A stretch of DNA of 64,000 nucleotides, from IMG/VR virus record IMGVR_UViG_3300023174_009221, one strand, 5' to 3'. The notes below the pieces were generated by a model that did no database searches, was not told where the DNA came from, and worked only from the letters and a program-made list of their open reading frames with translations. Position numbers and translations under genes: made by a program. The stretch is from a virus. Of this stretch, positions 1 to 9,222 are shown piece by piece. Numbering within the stretch: the stretch's first letter is position 1; each line of letters begins with the position of its first letter.

Positions 1-97
1 TATTTTTAAGATACCATTGAAATATGTCGATTTTTTCGACCGGTTCTCTATTTGGAAGAGATTTTAGTAGGAATTTTCTTTCGATTTCTAAACCCAT
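1..97 (-). CDS. CYTH-domain (triphosphate tunnel metalloenzyme) protein, 5' part only; runs off the left edge
   Basis: Manual translation from ATG at 97: MGLEIERKFLLKSLPNREPVEKIDIFQWYLKN...; EIERKFL is the CYTH ExExK signature. Absent from the ORF track. Confidence 0.75.
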   Translation of the reverse strand, partial: MGLEIERKFLLKSLPNREPVEKIDIFQWYLKN

Positions 98-162
98 CAA
101 TAAAAAAGTTAAATTGTTAAAGTATCTTTTATACTCCTTCTTCAATAAAAAGTTTTAAAAAT

Positions 163-189
163 AAAAAAACCTACAAAAATTGTAGGTTT
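163..189 (-). terminator. Rho-independent terminator after the tRNA pair
   Basis: Hairpin AAACCTACAA-aaa-TTGTAGGTTT followed by a T tract on the minus strand. Confidence 0.65.
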
Positions 190-263
190 AAGTGAATTTG
201 GGTATTCACACTGATAAAATCAGACCCCCTATCAAGGGAAAGTTAACCACTACGAAAACTTTG

Positions 264-336
<73 letters not shown>

Positions 337-346
337 ATATATTAAG

Positions 347-431
347 CAGAGAAGGAGGGATTCGAACCCCCGGATCCGTAAAGATCAACGGTTTTCAAGA
401 CCGCCTCATTCGACCGCTCTGACACTTCTCT
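347..431 (-). tRNA. tRNA-Ser (TGA)
   Basis: AGAGAAG/CTTCTCT acceptor stem, G discriminator, anticodon arm GCGGT-CTTGAAA-ACCGT, long variable arm, GGTTCGAATCC T loop. Confidence 0.95.
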
Positions 432-452
432 GTAAGAACTTTAATTATATCA

Positions 453-460
453 CAAACTTA
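453..460 (-). promoter_or_regulatory. Bacteroidota-type -7 element (TAAGTTTG) upstream of the tRNAs
   Basis: Matches TAnnTTTG, about 20 nt upstream of tRNA-Ser. Confidence 0.5.
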
Positions 461-503
461 ACAAAAAGATTTAAAATAAAAAAAATAATATCAAAAAAAA
501 TCT

Positions 504-2450
504 TCATATAGTCTCTTCGTCACCACCTTCTAAATAGTCTAAGAGATTTTCTATCAGGTTATCAGCTCTTTCGAAAAATTCAGAATTTTTAAAAAGTGTC
601 TGATTCGCCACATAATAATTGATTCCCCTATTGGTATAAAAGGCCTCTATCAAGTTATCAGGAACAAAAACTCCAGAATATTTCAATTGCATGACATAAG
701 GCATCACCGTTGCCTTTGGATTATTTGAAAATCCATCATCTAAAACGTCACTATAAGACTGCGGTAATTCTTTTTCGCTATAATCATCAGCTCCGTCGTC
801 ACCGTGAACATAAAATGCGGCCACTTTTCCTTCAAGATGATTTCTTAACATATCATCAAATTGTCCAGATTTAGCAAATTTACCAGTAATTTCTGGATTT
901 TTTATATTACCATCACCCATCAGTTTTTTAGCATCATCAATTGTCAAAGTTAGATTGACACAAACTAATCGGTCAAATAAGGCCTTAATTTGAGAAGAAA
1001 GGGCGTGCCAATGAATAGGTGAAAAAACAATAAAAGCGTCACATTGTTGAAGAAGTTGATAAACACCCTCTTCTTTTAAAAGGTCTGGTTTTTGGGTATC
1101 TCCTTTAAAATAACATGAACAATTATGAATATTTATACCCTCGCAGTTAAATTGATGTGAATTTGAAACCTCTATATCATAAACTGGTTTATATCCAATC
1201 TCTTTAATAGATTTTACTTTTGAATATTGATGTTTTAAAACCCTTCTTTCTAAATTAGAATATTCACTTAATTTTAATCTTTTTTTAATATTCAATAATT
1301 TTATATTATCACTAAATATCTTAACAGATTTTTGGTCTGATATCACTAAACAAGATGTTCTTTGATGTTTTTTACCTCTAACCAAAATTTCTTTATGACT
1401 AATATCTGATATATTAGACCTTATACCAACTCTAGATAATAATAATTGAGCATCTCTTAAACAATTATAACTCGTATTGTATAGACTTATCTTACCACCT
1501 GATATACTACCATCTGTTGATATCCAACCATTGAAAAAGTTAAATATATCAGAGTTTGATTTAAAAACATTTATATTTAATCTTCTATTCTTAGCTCTTG
1601 TTTTTGGTAAGATACTTATCATTTTCTTACCTATTTCCGTACCAAAGTTAATTTTAATCATTTCAGTATTATACTCATCATATAAATCATTAATTTTACA
1701 AGAATGATCAATTTTATGATCAATTATTGATACGAACTTATCGCTTAAAATACTTTGTATCTCCTTTATAAAATCAGATTCTTTTTTATCAACATATAAT
1801 AAAGGCGTATTATTCACGAAAGTACCATCACCCCATATTAATCCATATATTAGAAAGTCATTATATATAACATCATCATTAAATACATTATCAGTTTCTA
1901 TATAAGGAATATTATCACCTATTTTTATATTCTGTAACTCAACCCATTCCTCTTTTCTAAAGAATTTCCAATTAGATTCTTTTGTTCTAAACCTTTCTTT
2001 TGATAAAATTTTCACTTTATGTTCATTAGTTAATTCCAACTTTCTACCATCTGTTAATTTTAACTCATAGACTAACTCAGAATCAGATGTTCTAACATGA
2101 TTTAAAACAATATTACCATCTTGTAATATGTCACCTATTTTTAGATTTTGTATTTCTACAAATCCCTCATTTGTATGAACCCTTTGATCATAAGCAACAC
2201 ACTTAAAATGACAATGGTATCCACCAGCAGTCGATACGCATCCTTTACACGGCTGAATTATAGCCTTCTTTTTATGATTTACAGCTAAATCGATTACTTT
2301 AAAATTGACAAAAGGCGACCACTTTTCTACTATGTAGTCTACAATCTTGTGAGTTTTTGAAACCATATGTGAACAGGTGTCGGGGTCTCTTGGAGAACCT
2401 TGAAAAACTAAAACCATTGGCTTTATATCACCTAATTTCCTGACTTTCAT
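504..2450 (-). CDS. Flavodoxin-family / NAD(P)H-dependent FMN reductase-like (iron-sulfur flavoprotein-like) protein interrupted by an intein
   Basis: N-terminal FQGSPR, Cys motif PCKGCVST...CHFK|CSCY, C-terminal CDAFIVFSPIHW...IKALFDRL and GKVAAFYVHG; 288 aa after splicing. Confidence 0.85.
   Translation of the reverse strand: MKVRKLGDIKPMVLVFQGSPRDPDTCSHMVSKTHKIVDYIVEKWSPFVNFKVIDLAVNHKKKAIIQPCKGCVSTAGGYHCHFKCVAYDQRVHTNEGFVEIQNLKIGDILQDGNIVLNHVRTSDSELVYELKLTDGRKLELTNEHKVKILSKERFRTKESNWKFFRKEEWVELQNIKIGDNIPYIETDNVFNDDVIYNDFLIYGLIWGDGTFVNNTPLLYVDKKESDFIKEIQSILSDKFVSIIDHKIDHSCKINDLYDEYNTEMIKINFGTEIGKKMISILPKTRAKNRRLNINVFKSNSDIFNFFNGWISTDGSISGGKISLYNTSYNCLRDAQLLLSRVGIRSNISDISHKEILVRGKKHQRTSCLVISDQKSVKIFSDNIKLLNIKKRLKLSEYSNLERRVLKHQYSKVKSIKEIGYKPVYDIEVSNSHQFNCEGINIHNCSCYFKGDTQKPDLLKEEGVYQLLQQCDAFIVFSPIHWHALSSQIKALFDRLVCVNLTLTIDDAKKLMGDGNIKNPEITGKFAKSGQFDDMLRNHLEGKVAAFYVHGDDGADDYSEKELPQSYSDVLDDGFSNNPKATVMPYVMQLKYSGVFVPDNLIEAFYTNRGINYYVANQTLFKNSEFFERADNLIENLLDYLEGGDEETI
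1122..2201 (-). mobile_element. Intein with LAGLIDADG homing endonuclease (360 aa)
   Basis: Starts CVAYDQRVHT (block A), LTNEHK (block B), LIYGLIWGDG and FFNGWISTDG (LAGLIDADG), VYDIEV (block F), ends IHN before Cys+1. Confidence 0.92.
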
Positions 2451-2456
2451 CGCCAG

Positions 2457-2465
2457 TATATATTA
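2457..2465 (-). promoter_or_regulatory. Phage promoter-like motif TAATATATA
   Basis: Recurrent motif, 6 nt upstream of the ATG at 2450. Confidence 0.6.
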
Positions 2466-2471
2466 AAAAAA

Positions 2472-2831
2472 TTATGCCAAATAAGAAGTATCGTTTTTTA
2501 GCATTTTAGCAATTACGTGTTCCATTTCCCTGATAGATTCTTTAGATTCTATCTCTACACCATCGATAGTGAAACTGGAAATAGAAACCGCTACAGAAGT
2601 GATATTGACTTCACCTTCAGATGGTTGCAGATAACTTTCTGGAATATACCAAAAGTCTCCAGAAATTCTAAGACTGAACTCTACAAAGACTTCCTGGTTT
2701 AGATAATCAAAACAAATATATTGGCCTTCTCTAAAATACTCGCCACTATTTTCACAGATAAGTGTTTCCCAGTCACCGAAAACATTTATATCAGTTATTG
2801 TCAAATTTTCTAATTCTGTTTGTTTTTCCAT
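2472..2831 (-). CDS. Hypothetical protein
   Basis: 119-aa ORF tightly packed downstream of the kinase-like gene. Confidence 0.7.
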   Translation of the reverse strand: MEKQTELENLTITDINVFGDWETLICENSGEYFREGQYICFDYLNQEVFVEFSLRISGDFWYIPESYLQPSEGEVNITSVAVSISSFTIDGVEIESKESIREMEHVIAKMLKNDTSYLA

Positions 2832-2832
2832 A

Positions 2833-3318
2833 TTAATTTGATGTTATATTAATTATTTGATTAAAACCCTCATCTAAAGTTGGAGTCTCAAAAGATTGTA
2901 TCATATCTAAAATGACTCCAGTAGACACCCATTTATTTTCTTGTAAAGATCTTTGTTTATTTCTAATCTGATATTCTTCAGGTGTCAATATTGGAAAAAC
3001 AACGGCTATTTTTTGAAAATCAGGACTAAAATAACTTAGTGTTTTCATTCTTCGTTTTTTTGTGATATTAGTCATATCAACAATAGTCGATGTTTTTGTC
3101 TGATTTGCTTCGATAAATTTTTTTAGTAATAATTTATCAACCTCTTTCCCATCAACACTTCGAAACGCCAAATTGTAGTCTTCTATCTTAGAAAGTTGTA
3201 AAATGATTTCATCACGAGAAATAACATTCACACCAGAATAATTGTTTTTTATCCAGGTTGATTTTCCAGATAGCACCGTTCCAACAAGAACTAAAATATA
3301 TGGATTGTCCCACTTCAT
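2833..3318 (-). CDS. P-loop kinase (AAA_33 / polynucleotide-kinase-like)
   Basis: Walker A GTVLSGKST, ISRDEI, IVDMTN, FETPTLDEGF. Confidence 0.85.
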   Translation of the reverse strand: MKWDNPYILVLVGTVLSGKSTWIKNNYSGVNVISRDEIILQLSKIEDYNLAFRSVDGKEVDKLLLKKFIEANQTKTSTIVDMTNITKKRRMKTLSYFSPDFQKIAVVFPILTPEEYQIRNKQRSLQENKWVSTGVILDMIQSFETPTLDEGFNQIINITSN

Positions 3319-3322
3319 GTAT

Positions 3323-3330
3323 CAAATATA
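3323..3330 (-). promoter_or_regulatory. Bacteroidota-type -7 element TATATTTG
   Basis: TAnnTTTG 4 nt upstream of the ATG at 3318. Confidence 0.55.
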
Positions 3331-3341
3331 CAAAAAATTTT

Positions 3342-3350
3342 TAATATATA
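3342..3350 (+). promoter_or_regulatory. Phage promoter-like motif TAATATATA
   Basis: 4 nt upstream of the ATG at 3355. Confidence 0.6.
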
Positions 3351-3354
3351 CCAT

Positions 3355-5292
3355 ATGATTTTAGATTATAATCGGTTCAAAGATGATTTTCTTTTTGAAA
3401 ATATGATAAATGAAACTTTTATTTACTTCATAAAAGATTTTAAAGACGTTCTCTATAAGTTGTCAAAATCCGGAAATCAAATAGCAACAGATCTAATTGA
3501 TATAGAGTATAAGGATAGTAAATCTGATAATACATTTATTTCATTAGGCCGAGAGGGTTATATAACTTATAACAGACTTAGAGATTTAAAAAGAAATATT
3601 GAAAAGTCTTTTACAGAATGGGCCAAATCACGAAGTTTATCAGATGAAGACGCTCAGTCAATATTAGATACTCTTCTTAAAAAAATCGAAAATGGTGAAA
3701 CTTCGCAATCAGATGTAAATAATCTTTTCAAAGACTACGAATTAGATAAAAAGTCCAGAAACGAAGTCAAATTAGGGAGATTTGTAAATGCGGTTTTACC
3801 CGGTAAGTTCACACCAAAAGACATTGAAGAATTTACTAATCAATTCAAAGCAACTTTAGAAAAACAGGGCCAACATTTTATGGAAGTTTCTGGTGATGAA
3901 ATAAATCACTGGTATAACTTTGAAAACTATCTTTCAATGGAAGGAACTCTTGGAAACTCCTGCATGGCTCGAAAAAAAGGTATTTTCCAACTCTATGTAG
4001 AGAACCCAGATGTCTGTAAATTACTGGTCTTAGTAGAAGATGAAAAGTTAATAGGCCGAGCACTTGTTTGGAAACTAAACTCAATCAAGTCATATGGTCT
4101 TAAGTCAGAGGGCGTATGGTTTATGGATAGGCAATACACTATAAATGATTCGTATGTGGAAAAATTTAGAAACTACGCAAAAGAAAAAGGGTGGTATTAC
4201 AAATCATATAACAACCATCATTCACTTACAACAGTGACAGTGGTAGGCGAAGAAAAGAATTGCGAGATGTCGGTTAAAATAAAATCGGGTAAATACAGTA
4301 AATATCCTTATATGGACACATTCAAAAGATATAATCCAGAAGACGGTATGCTATACAATGACGAAGGTGATAGTTCTGATTATGAAGGTCAGTTTATCTT
4401 AAACGACACTGGTGGTGGATTTGAAGAAATTCGAGGTGGTGTTTGGTCAGAATGGCACGATAGAATGATTCCAGAAGATGAAGCAGTGTGGTCTGATTGG
4501 GCTGATTCATATCTTCATAGAGACTCGGCTATTTATATTTCTGTAGGTTCTCGTAGATACCGTAATAGTTATTATCCAGAGGACTGTGACGACATTGTTT
4601 ATGATGAGTGGATTGATGAACCCCTCCATGTTGATGATGCGGTTTATTCAGAGCCTTATGGGTATTATCTTTATGTTGAAAACGCGGTAAGAACAATTGT
4701 TGAAATATACTCAGATGGAGATGTTAATCCAGAAGATAATTGGATGCATAAAAATGATAGTGACATCATTAAAATTTCAGAATTTGATGATATGTTGTGG
4801 TATGAAAAATTATCAGATGAATTTGGAGAATGGACTTATAATGACCACACGCATATTGTTAAGTCTAATTTAACCAAGAATTATAAAGAGGAGTGGATTC
4901 CAAAAATTTTGGAAACCGAGGTTTATAAAGTTTTAGAGGAGGATCCAAATGATGAAGTTCCAACTGATTTATTAAAAATTGGAGTTGAATGGCTAACAGA
5001 AACAGATGCTCTTATTTTAGGTTGGAAAGTTGATACATCAGAAGAAAGAGTAATTGATAAAATTCAATATAATAAAGGTATTGAAAATTTACTTTCGTTA
5101 CTACTTAGAAAATTAAAACCAAAATTAAGATTCTGGACTGATAAAGTTGAAGGAAAGGGACAACAAAGATTTCAATTTGAAGAGCCAGAAGGAATTAAAA
5201 AGGCTGAACAACTAATGAATGAGAAAATTTTAAAAGATTTAAGAATTAGACAAGAAGAATTAGATTCTAGAGAATGGATTTACGAAAATTAA
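3355..5292 (+). CDS. Phage protein of unknown function (GTLGNSCM / GRALVW / YPYMDTF motifs) with capsid-targeting-like N-terminus
   Basis: 645-aa ORF starting MILDYNRFKDDFLFE; acidic aromatic repeats in the middle. Confidence 0.75.
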   Translation: MILDYNRFKDDFLFENMINETFIYFIKDFKDVLYKLSKSGNQIATDLIDIEYKDSKSDNTFISLGREGYITYNRLRDLKRNIEKSFTEWAKSRSLSDEDAQSILDTLLKKIENGETSQSDVNNLFKDYELDKKSRNEVKLGRFVNAVLPGKFTPKDIEEFTNQFKATLEKQGQHFMEVSGDEINHWYNFENYLSMEGTLGNSCMARKKGIFQLYVENPDVCKLLVLVEDEKLIGRALVWKLNSIKSYGLKSEGVWFMDRQYTINDSYVEKFRNYAKEKGWYYKSYNNHHSLTTVTVVGEEKNCEMSVKIKSGKYSKYPYMDTFKRYNPEDGMLYNDEGDSSDYEGQFILNDTGGGFEEIRGGVWSEWHDRMIPEDEAVWSDWADSYLHRDSAIYISVGSRRYRNSYYPEDCDDIVYDEWIDEPLHVDDAVYSEPYGYYLYVENAVRTIVEIYSDGDVNPEDNWMHKNDSDIIKISEFDDMLWYEKLSDEFGEWTYNDHTHIVKSNLTKNYKEEWIPKILETEVYKVLEEDPNDEVPTDLLKIGVEWLTETDALILGWKVDTSEERVIDKIQYNKGIENLLSLLLRKLKPKLRFWTDKVEGKGQQRFQFEEPEGIKKAEQLMNEKILKDLRIRQEELDSREWIYEN

Positions 5293-5339
5293 AAAAAATC
5301 AAAAAAAAATTAATATATAATAAAAATTAAAATAAAAAT

Positions 5340-6290
5340 ATGAAGTACGTTAAATCTTATAAATTATTTGAAAGCACTGAGTATAATAAGTCCCAGGAAG
5401 TAAATGAAGCCAATATTTTTGGAAATGTTTGGAACAAAATTAAAAATCTTTTCGCAAGAGGTGTAGATAGAACTACATTGGACTTATGGAAGAAAAATGG
5501 ATTACCTACATATGGCGAGTTCTATGAAATTTCTTCTAACGAGTATTCTCTATATAATCCAACTTTTGGTCAACAACCTTGGAGTAAAAAAATGACTTTA
5601 TCAGATATACCTGCAGATAAGGTAAGAGAAGTAAGCTCACCGGTAGATTTTCTTCTTTTGACTGGAAGCTATTTTCAAGATGGAAACTTAGTATATAACT
5701 TAGATAGATTAGCAATAGCAAAAGTTTCAAAGAACTTTCCAAAAGCATTTGATTTGTCTAAACATCCATCTCAGATGTCATTACTTAATTTAAAAGTTCC
5801 TAACTTTTGGGGACATCCAGAAATGACAGATAGTGATAAACTTTTAAGTAGAGTCTTTCAACATGTTGATTTTGAATTTTCAGGAAGCACAATTACTACA
5901 GAAACTACACAATGGTCTATGTTAGAACAAGATTGGATAGCTTACAAAGAGCAATCGGATAGATATGTCCCTTTTAGCGATATTGAATCAGGTGAAATGA
6001 AAATGGGACAGCAATACGCCAGTGGTGGTATTGGTGATGTCATGCCAGTAGAATTTAAAAATGAAGAAGAAAAACAAAAAGAATTTAATAAGATGAAAGC
6101 TCATTTTTCATTTAGACCAAAAATGATTACACTTGGAGAATGGTTAAATATATATAATTCAAGTCGTCAGAAAAATAATGACTTAATGAAATTAGGTGAA
6201 GTTTGGAAAAATGAGCCAAATAAAGATATGTCTTTAGCAAAAACTGAAGAACCAGCTATGATGGAAAGAAGAAGATATAAAAATAATTAA
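5340..6290 (+). CDS. Hypothetical protein, putative internal head protein
   Basis: Starts MKYVKSYKLFES; TAATATATA at 5311-5319. Confidence 0.75.
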   Translation: MKYVKSYKLFESTEYNKSQEVNEANIFGNVWNKIKNLFARGVDRTTLDLWKKNGLPTYGEFYEISSNEYSLYNPTFGQQPWSKKMTLSDIPADKVREVSSPVDFLLLTGSYFQDGNLVYNLDRLAIAKVSKNFPKAFDLSKHPSQMSLLNLKVPNFWGHPEMTDSDKLLSRVFQHVDFEFSGSTITTETTQWSMLEQDWIAYKEQSDRYVPFSDIESGEMKMGQQYASGGIGDVMPVEFKNEEEKQKEFNKMKAHFSFRPKMITLGEWLNIYNSSRQKNNDLMKLGEVWKNEPNKDMSLAKTEEPAMMERRRYKNN

Positions 6291-6300
6291 AATAATAACA

Positions 6301-6332
6301 AAAAAAAGAGAGTCAAATGACTCTCTTTTTTT
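6301..6332. terminator. Bidirectional Rho-independent terminator
   Basis: AAAAAAAGAGAGTCA-aa-TGACTCTCTTTTTTT between convergent genes. Confidence 0.85.
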
Positions 6333-7050
6333 ATATCCTATCTTCTGCTAAACTGCAATACTCTTCAGTAATGTCATATCCAATCCACTTTCTTCCCAAC
6401 TTATTAGCAACTGATGTTGTAGTTCCACTGCCATTAAATGGATCTAAAACAACTGCTCCGATATAAGAATGCATCTTAATACATCTTTTTGCTAACTCTT
6501 CTGGAAAAGGAGCTGGGTGATTTCTTCTTTTAGCACTCTCAGGACCAATTACCCAAAGGCCGTTTGTCCATTCAACAAATTCTTCTTTAGTTAAATCTGT
6601 TTCACCCCTTTCTAAAATCTTAGGACTTGCCTTATGAAAATTGATAATCATTTCAAAAGGCGGAGATATTCTTGGATTAGAAGGACTTTTCCAACTTCCC
6701 CAAGCTGTTCTTTTAGGAATTGTGTTTTTATTCCAAATAATGAATTCTCGAAAAATAAAGCCTTCTTTTCTAAACAACTCGGTAAAAGTTGAATAAGTTG
6801 GTTCATTCTGTGATGATTGAAAACAACCAATTTGAAGACAAAATCTTCCACCCGGTTTTATGACTCTCCAACTTTCTTTAATCCACTCTTTACACCACCC
6901 ATAATAACTTTCCAAAGTCATATCATCTCCATATTCAGCATATTGAATATTCAAATTATAGGGAGGTGAAGTAACAATTAAATCAATTGAATCATCGGGT
7001 AATTTTTTCATACCTAATACACAATCTTCGTTATAGATTTTATTAAACAT
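6331..7050 (-). CDS. DNA methyltransferase, beta class (N4-cytosine/N6-adenine)
   Basis: VTSPPY catalytic motif precedes HPAPFP and VLDPFNGSGTT SAM-binding motif. Confidence 0.93.
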   Translation of the reverse strand: MFNKIYNEDCVLGMKKLPDDSIDLIVTSPPYNLNIQYAEYGDDMTLESYYGWCKEWIKESWRVIKPGGRFCLQIGCFQSSQNEPTYSTFTELFRKEGFIFREFIIWNKNTIPKRTAWGSWKSPSNPRISPPFEMIINFHKASPKILERGETDLTKEEFVEWTNGLWVIGPESAKRRNHPAPFPEELAKRCIKMHSYIGAVVLDPFNGSGTTTSVANKLGRKWIGYDITEEYCSLAEDRI

Positions 7051-7074
7051 ATTTTAGGTTATATTCTGGTAATT

Positions 7075-7797
7075 CTATATGTTTTCAGCAACAATAACTT
7101 TTACAATTCTATTTTCAGATTTAGAAATTCGGTGATACCCATCAATGATTTTCCAACCATCGCCTTTTTTTATAACAACTCCTCTTATGCCGTGGTAATT
7201 TTTATCTGAATAGAAATCTAAGTCTAATTTCTGAACTCGATTTTGATGTTGCTTGTTTCCAAAAACTAATTTGTCTCTTTCGATATCCTGAATTGAATAA
7301 TTCATCGACTCCAATTCATCTAAGAGGTAACCATTCTCGATTGTTAACAGGTATTGAACTCTCTCAGATAAACTTGAAATCAAAAATGCCTGCTGCAAAT
7401 CCAGATTTATTTTTGTCAAAACTTCTTCTAAAATAGTTACTGTTCCAATTTCTTGACCATAATATCCTTCTGCGATTTCAATATTCCACAAATTACCGTC
7501 AAAAATCTTATTTGCTCTAAGTATTCTATCTATTGTGTATCTTTGCATATCTTCAGAAATACCCCAGATCAATAAATTTATTTTGTTATTTCTTGAATTA
7601 GTGATGTTATTTTCAAAAATCTTACAAAATATTTTATTTGTTATTTTTGATATATTGACTCCACTTACAGTAGCACGCTCAACTGTTCCACATCGGCATA
7701 TTCCTTCTACAAAGCAACCAGAAAACTCACATGTGTATGTGATATCGTAGTCTAAGGTTACCTGTTCCTTAAAATCTTGCCTTAGAACTTCTATCAT
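7075..7797 (-). CDS. Protein with Cys-rich N-terminus and C-terminal ParB/Srx-like domain
   Basis: CEFSGC...CRC near the N-terminus; WKIIDGYHRI near the C-terminus. Confidence 0.65.
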   Translation of the reverse strand: MIEVLRQDFKEQVTLDYDITYTCEFSGCFVEGICRCGTVERATVSGVNISKITNKIFCKIFENNITNSRNNKINLLIWGISEDMQRYTIDRILRANKIFDGNLWNIEIAEGYYGQEIGTVTILEEVLTKINLDLQQAFLISSLSERVQYLLTIENGYLLDELESMNYSIQDIERDKLVFGNKQHQNRVQKLDLDFYSDKNYHGIRGVVIKKGDGWKIIDGYHRISKSENRIVKVIVAENI

Positions 7798-8134
7798 GTT
7801 TTTTTGGTCTTATTTTATGTGATTTTCCAGAAATAGAGTTGTAGGTAAAAAATTTATTATCTTTTAAATCAGAGTATATCTGGAGTAGCGAAGTGGCGTC
7901 TATTAAATGCCACTTGGTTGGAACTACCTCTTCTTTTTCATAGATAAAAAAATCATTAATTCGGTTAATAATTCGACCTTTGCAGTTTATAGGTCTATCA
8001 AAATAAAGGAATCCAATTGAACTTAGTAGCTTTTTTTTAGCACACGCCTCTTTTCTAATTTTTTCAATAATGTGACTTCTAATAAATGTGCTCATTAATT
8101 TTAGTCTAAATAAATTCCACAATAAACTTCGCAA
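7769..8134 (-). CDS. Hypothetical protein (start may be the internal Met of MSTFIRS)
   Basis: ORF in a co-directional minus-strand run. Confidence 0.55.
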   Translation of the reverse strand: MRSLLWNLFRLKLMSTFIRSHIIEKIRKEACAKKKLLSSIGFLYFDRPINCKGRIINRINDFFIYEKEEVVPTKWHLIDATSLLQIYSDLKDNKFFTYNSISGKSHKIRPKKHDRSSKARF

Positions 8135-8280
8135 TAGGCGTTAAACTGCGCGGCCAGTTGGTAAAATTTATCAAATCTATCAAAGTCGCCTCGTTGGAGA
8201 GAATGTTGCAAAACGTTTTCTAAGATTTGGGAAATTTCATTGAAAACCCGTGTCAAAATTTTAGTTTTAATTTTTTGCAT
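8101..8280 (-). CDS. Hypothetical small protein (MQKIKTK...)
   Basis: Track ORF 8101..8295; ATG at 8280 preferred because TAAATTTG lies at 8293-8300. Confidence 0.55.
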   Translation of the reverse strand: MQKIKTKILTRVFNEISQILENVLQHSLQRGDFDRFDKFYQLAAQFNAYCEVYCGIYLD

Positions 8281-8311
8281 GTTATTTTTTTTCAAATTTA
8301 AGTAATATATT

Positions 8312-8770
8312 TTAATTATGATAATTTTTTAAGAACTCTTTTTCAACATTTGACAAATTACCAATTCCTATCAGCAAAATTCTGTCTAAAACAACATCTA
8401 TTTCTAAATTTTGTAACAACCATTGATTTATATCATCAACAAAAAAACTGTATTTAATAGAGTTTGTTGAACTTAGTAGTGGCTTTAATTCCGACTCTAA
8501 ATCTATTTTAAAGTTCAAAATATCACTAGTCAGGTCCGATATAGTGTGTATTACTAAATTATTTAATAAAATTTCAGAATATTTTTTCATTTCGGTTGGT
8601 TGACAAATAATAAAACAGACATAATTATTGTCATGCTCGTGATAGTCAAAAAATGATTCACAATCTAAATCGGCTATTTTTTGTTTTTCTTGCTCTGAAA
8701 ATCGGTCATATTCGTCATTTAATTCCAGTGAGGAATTTGTAAATTTTATTTTATATACCGAATTTTTCAT
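8312..8770 (-). CDS. Hypothetical protein with C-terminal DUF6576-like helical motif
   Basis: C-terminus IDVVLDRILLIGIGNLSNVEKEFL; TAATATATA 4 nt upstream of the ATG. Confidence 0.7.
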   Translation of the reverse strand: MKNSVYKIKFTNSSLELNDEYDRFSEQEKQKIADLDCESFFDYHEHDNNYVCFIICQPTEMKKYSEILLNNLVIHTISDLTSDILNFKIDLESELKPLLSSTNSIKYSFFVDDINQWLLQNLEIDVVLDRILLIGIGNLSNVEKEFLKNYHN

Positions 8771-8835
8771 ATAATATATATTATTAATTTTTCAGTAGTT
8801 TAAATCTTTAACCACCGAGATACTATAAAATAAAT

Positions 8836-9222
8836 ATGGAAAATCAAAAATTACCTGATTCTTTTGTGACAGATAGAAGGCTGAGAAGTTATCCAACTGA
8901 AATAGGTTCCCAAAATTTTTCACCAGAAGATACTTCGCTATTTAGACTTGAAAAGGCTAAGGCACTTAAGTCTCACTTCACTCAAAAACTTACCGAGATA
9001 CAAAAAGAATATCAAAATCTAATTTCGCAAATTTCCATAAATGAAAGGCTCTATTCAGCAAAAATAAACTTCCAACCGGTAGTAGGTCACATCTACTTTC
9101 TCTATTTGTCAAAAAATGGTGAGTTTATTTCGATAATATCTCCAGAAGAATGGAATAATAAATTTGAATTAATTGGTAAATTTCAACTGCTATCAGATGG
9201 CAGATGGGAAGAAGTTATTTAA
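8836..9222 (+). CDS. DUF2452-like protein
   Basis: YPTEIGS...LYSAKINFQPVVGHIYFLY...SIISPEEW pattern typical of this Bacteroidota-enriched family. Confidence 0.75.
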   Translation: MENQKLPDSFVTDRRLRSYPTEIGSQNFSPEDTSLFRLEKAKALKSHFTQKLTEIQKEYQNLISQISINERLYSAKINFQPVVGHIYFLYLSKNGEFISIISPEEWNNKFELIGKFQLLSDGRWEEVI

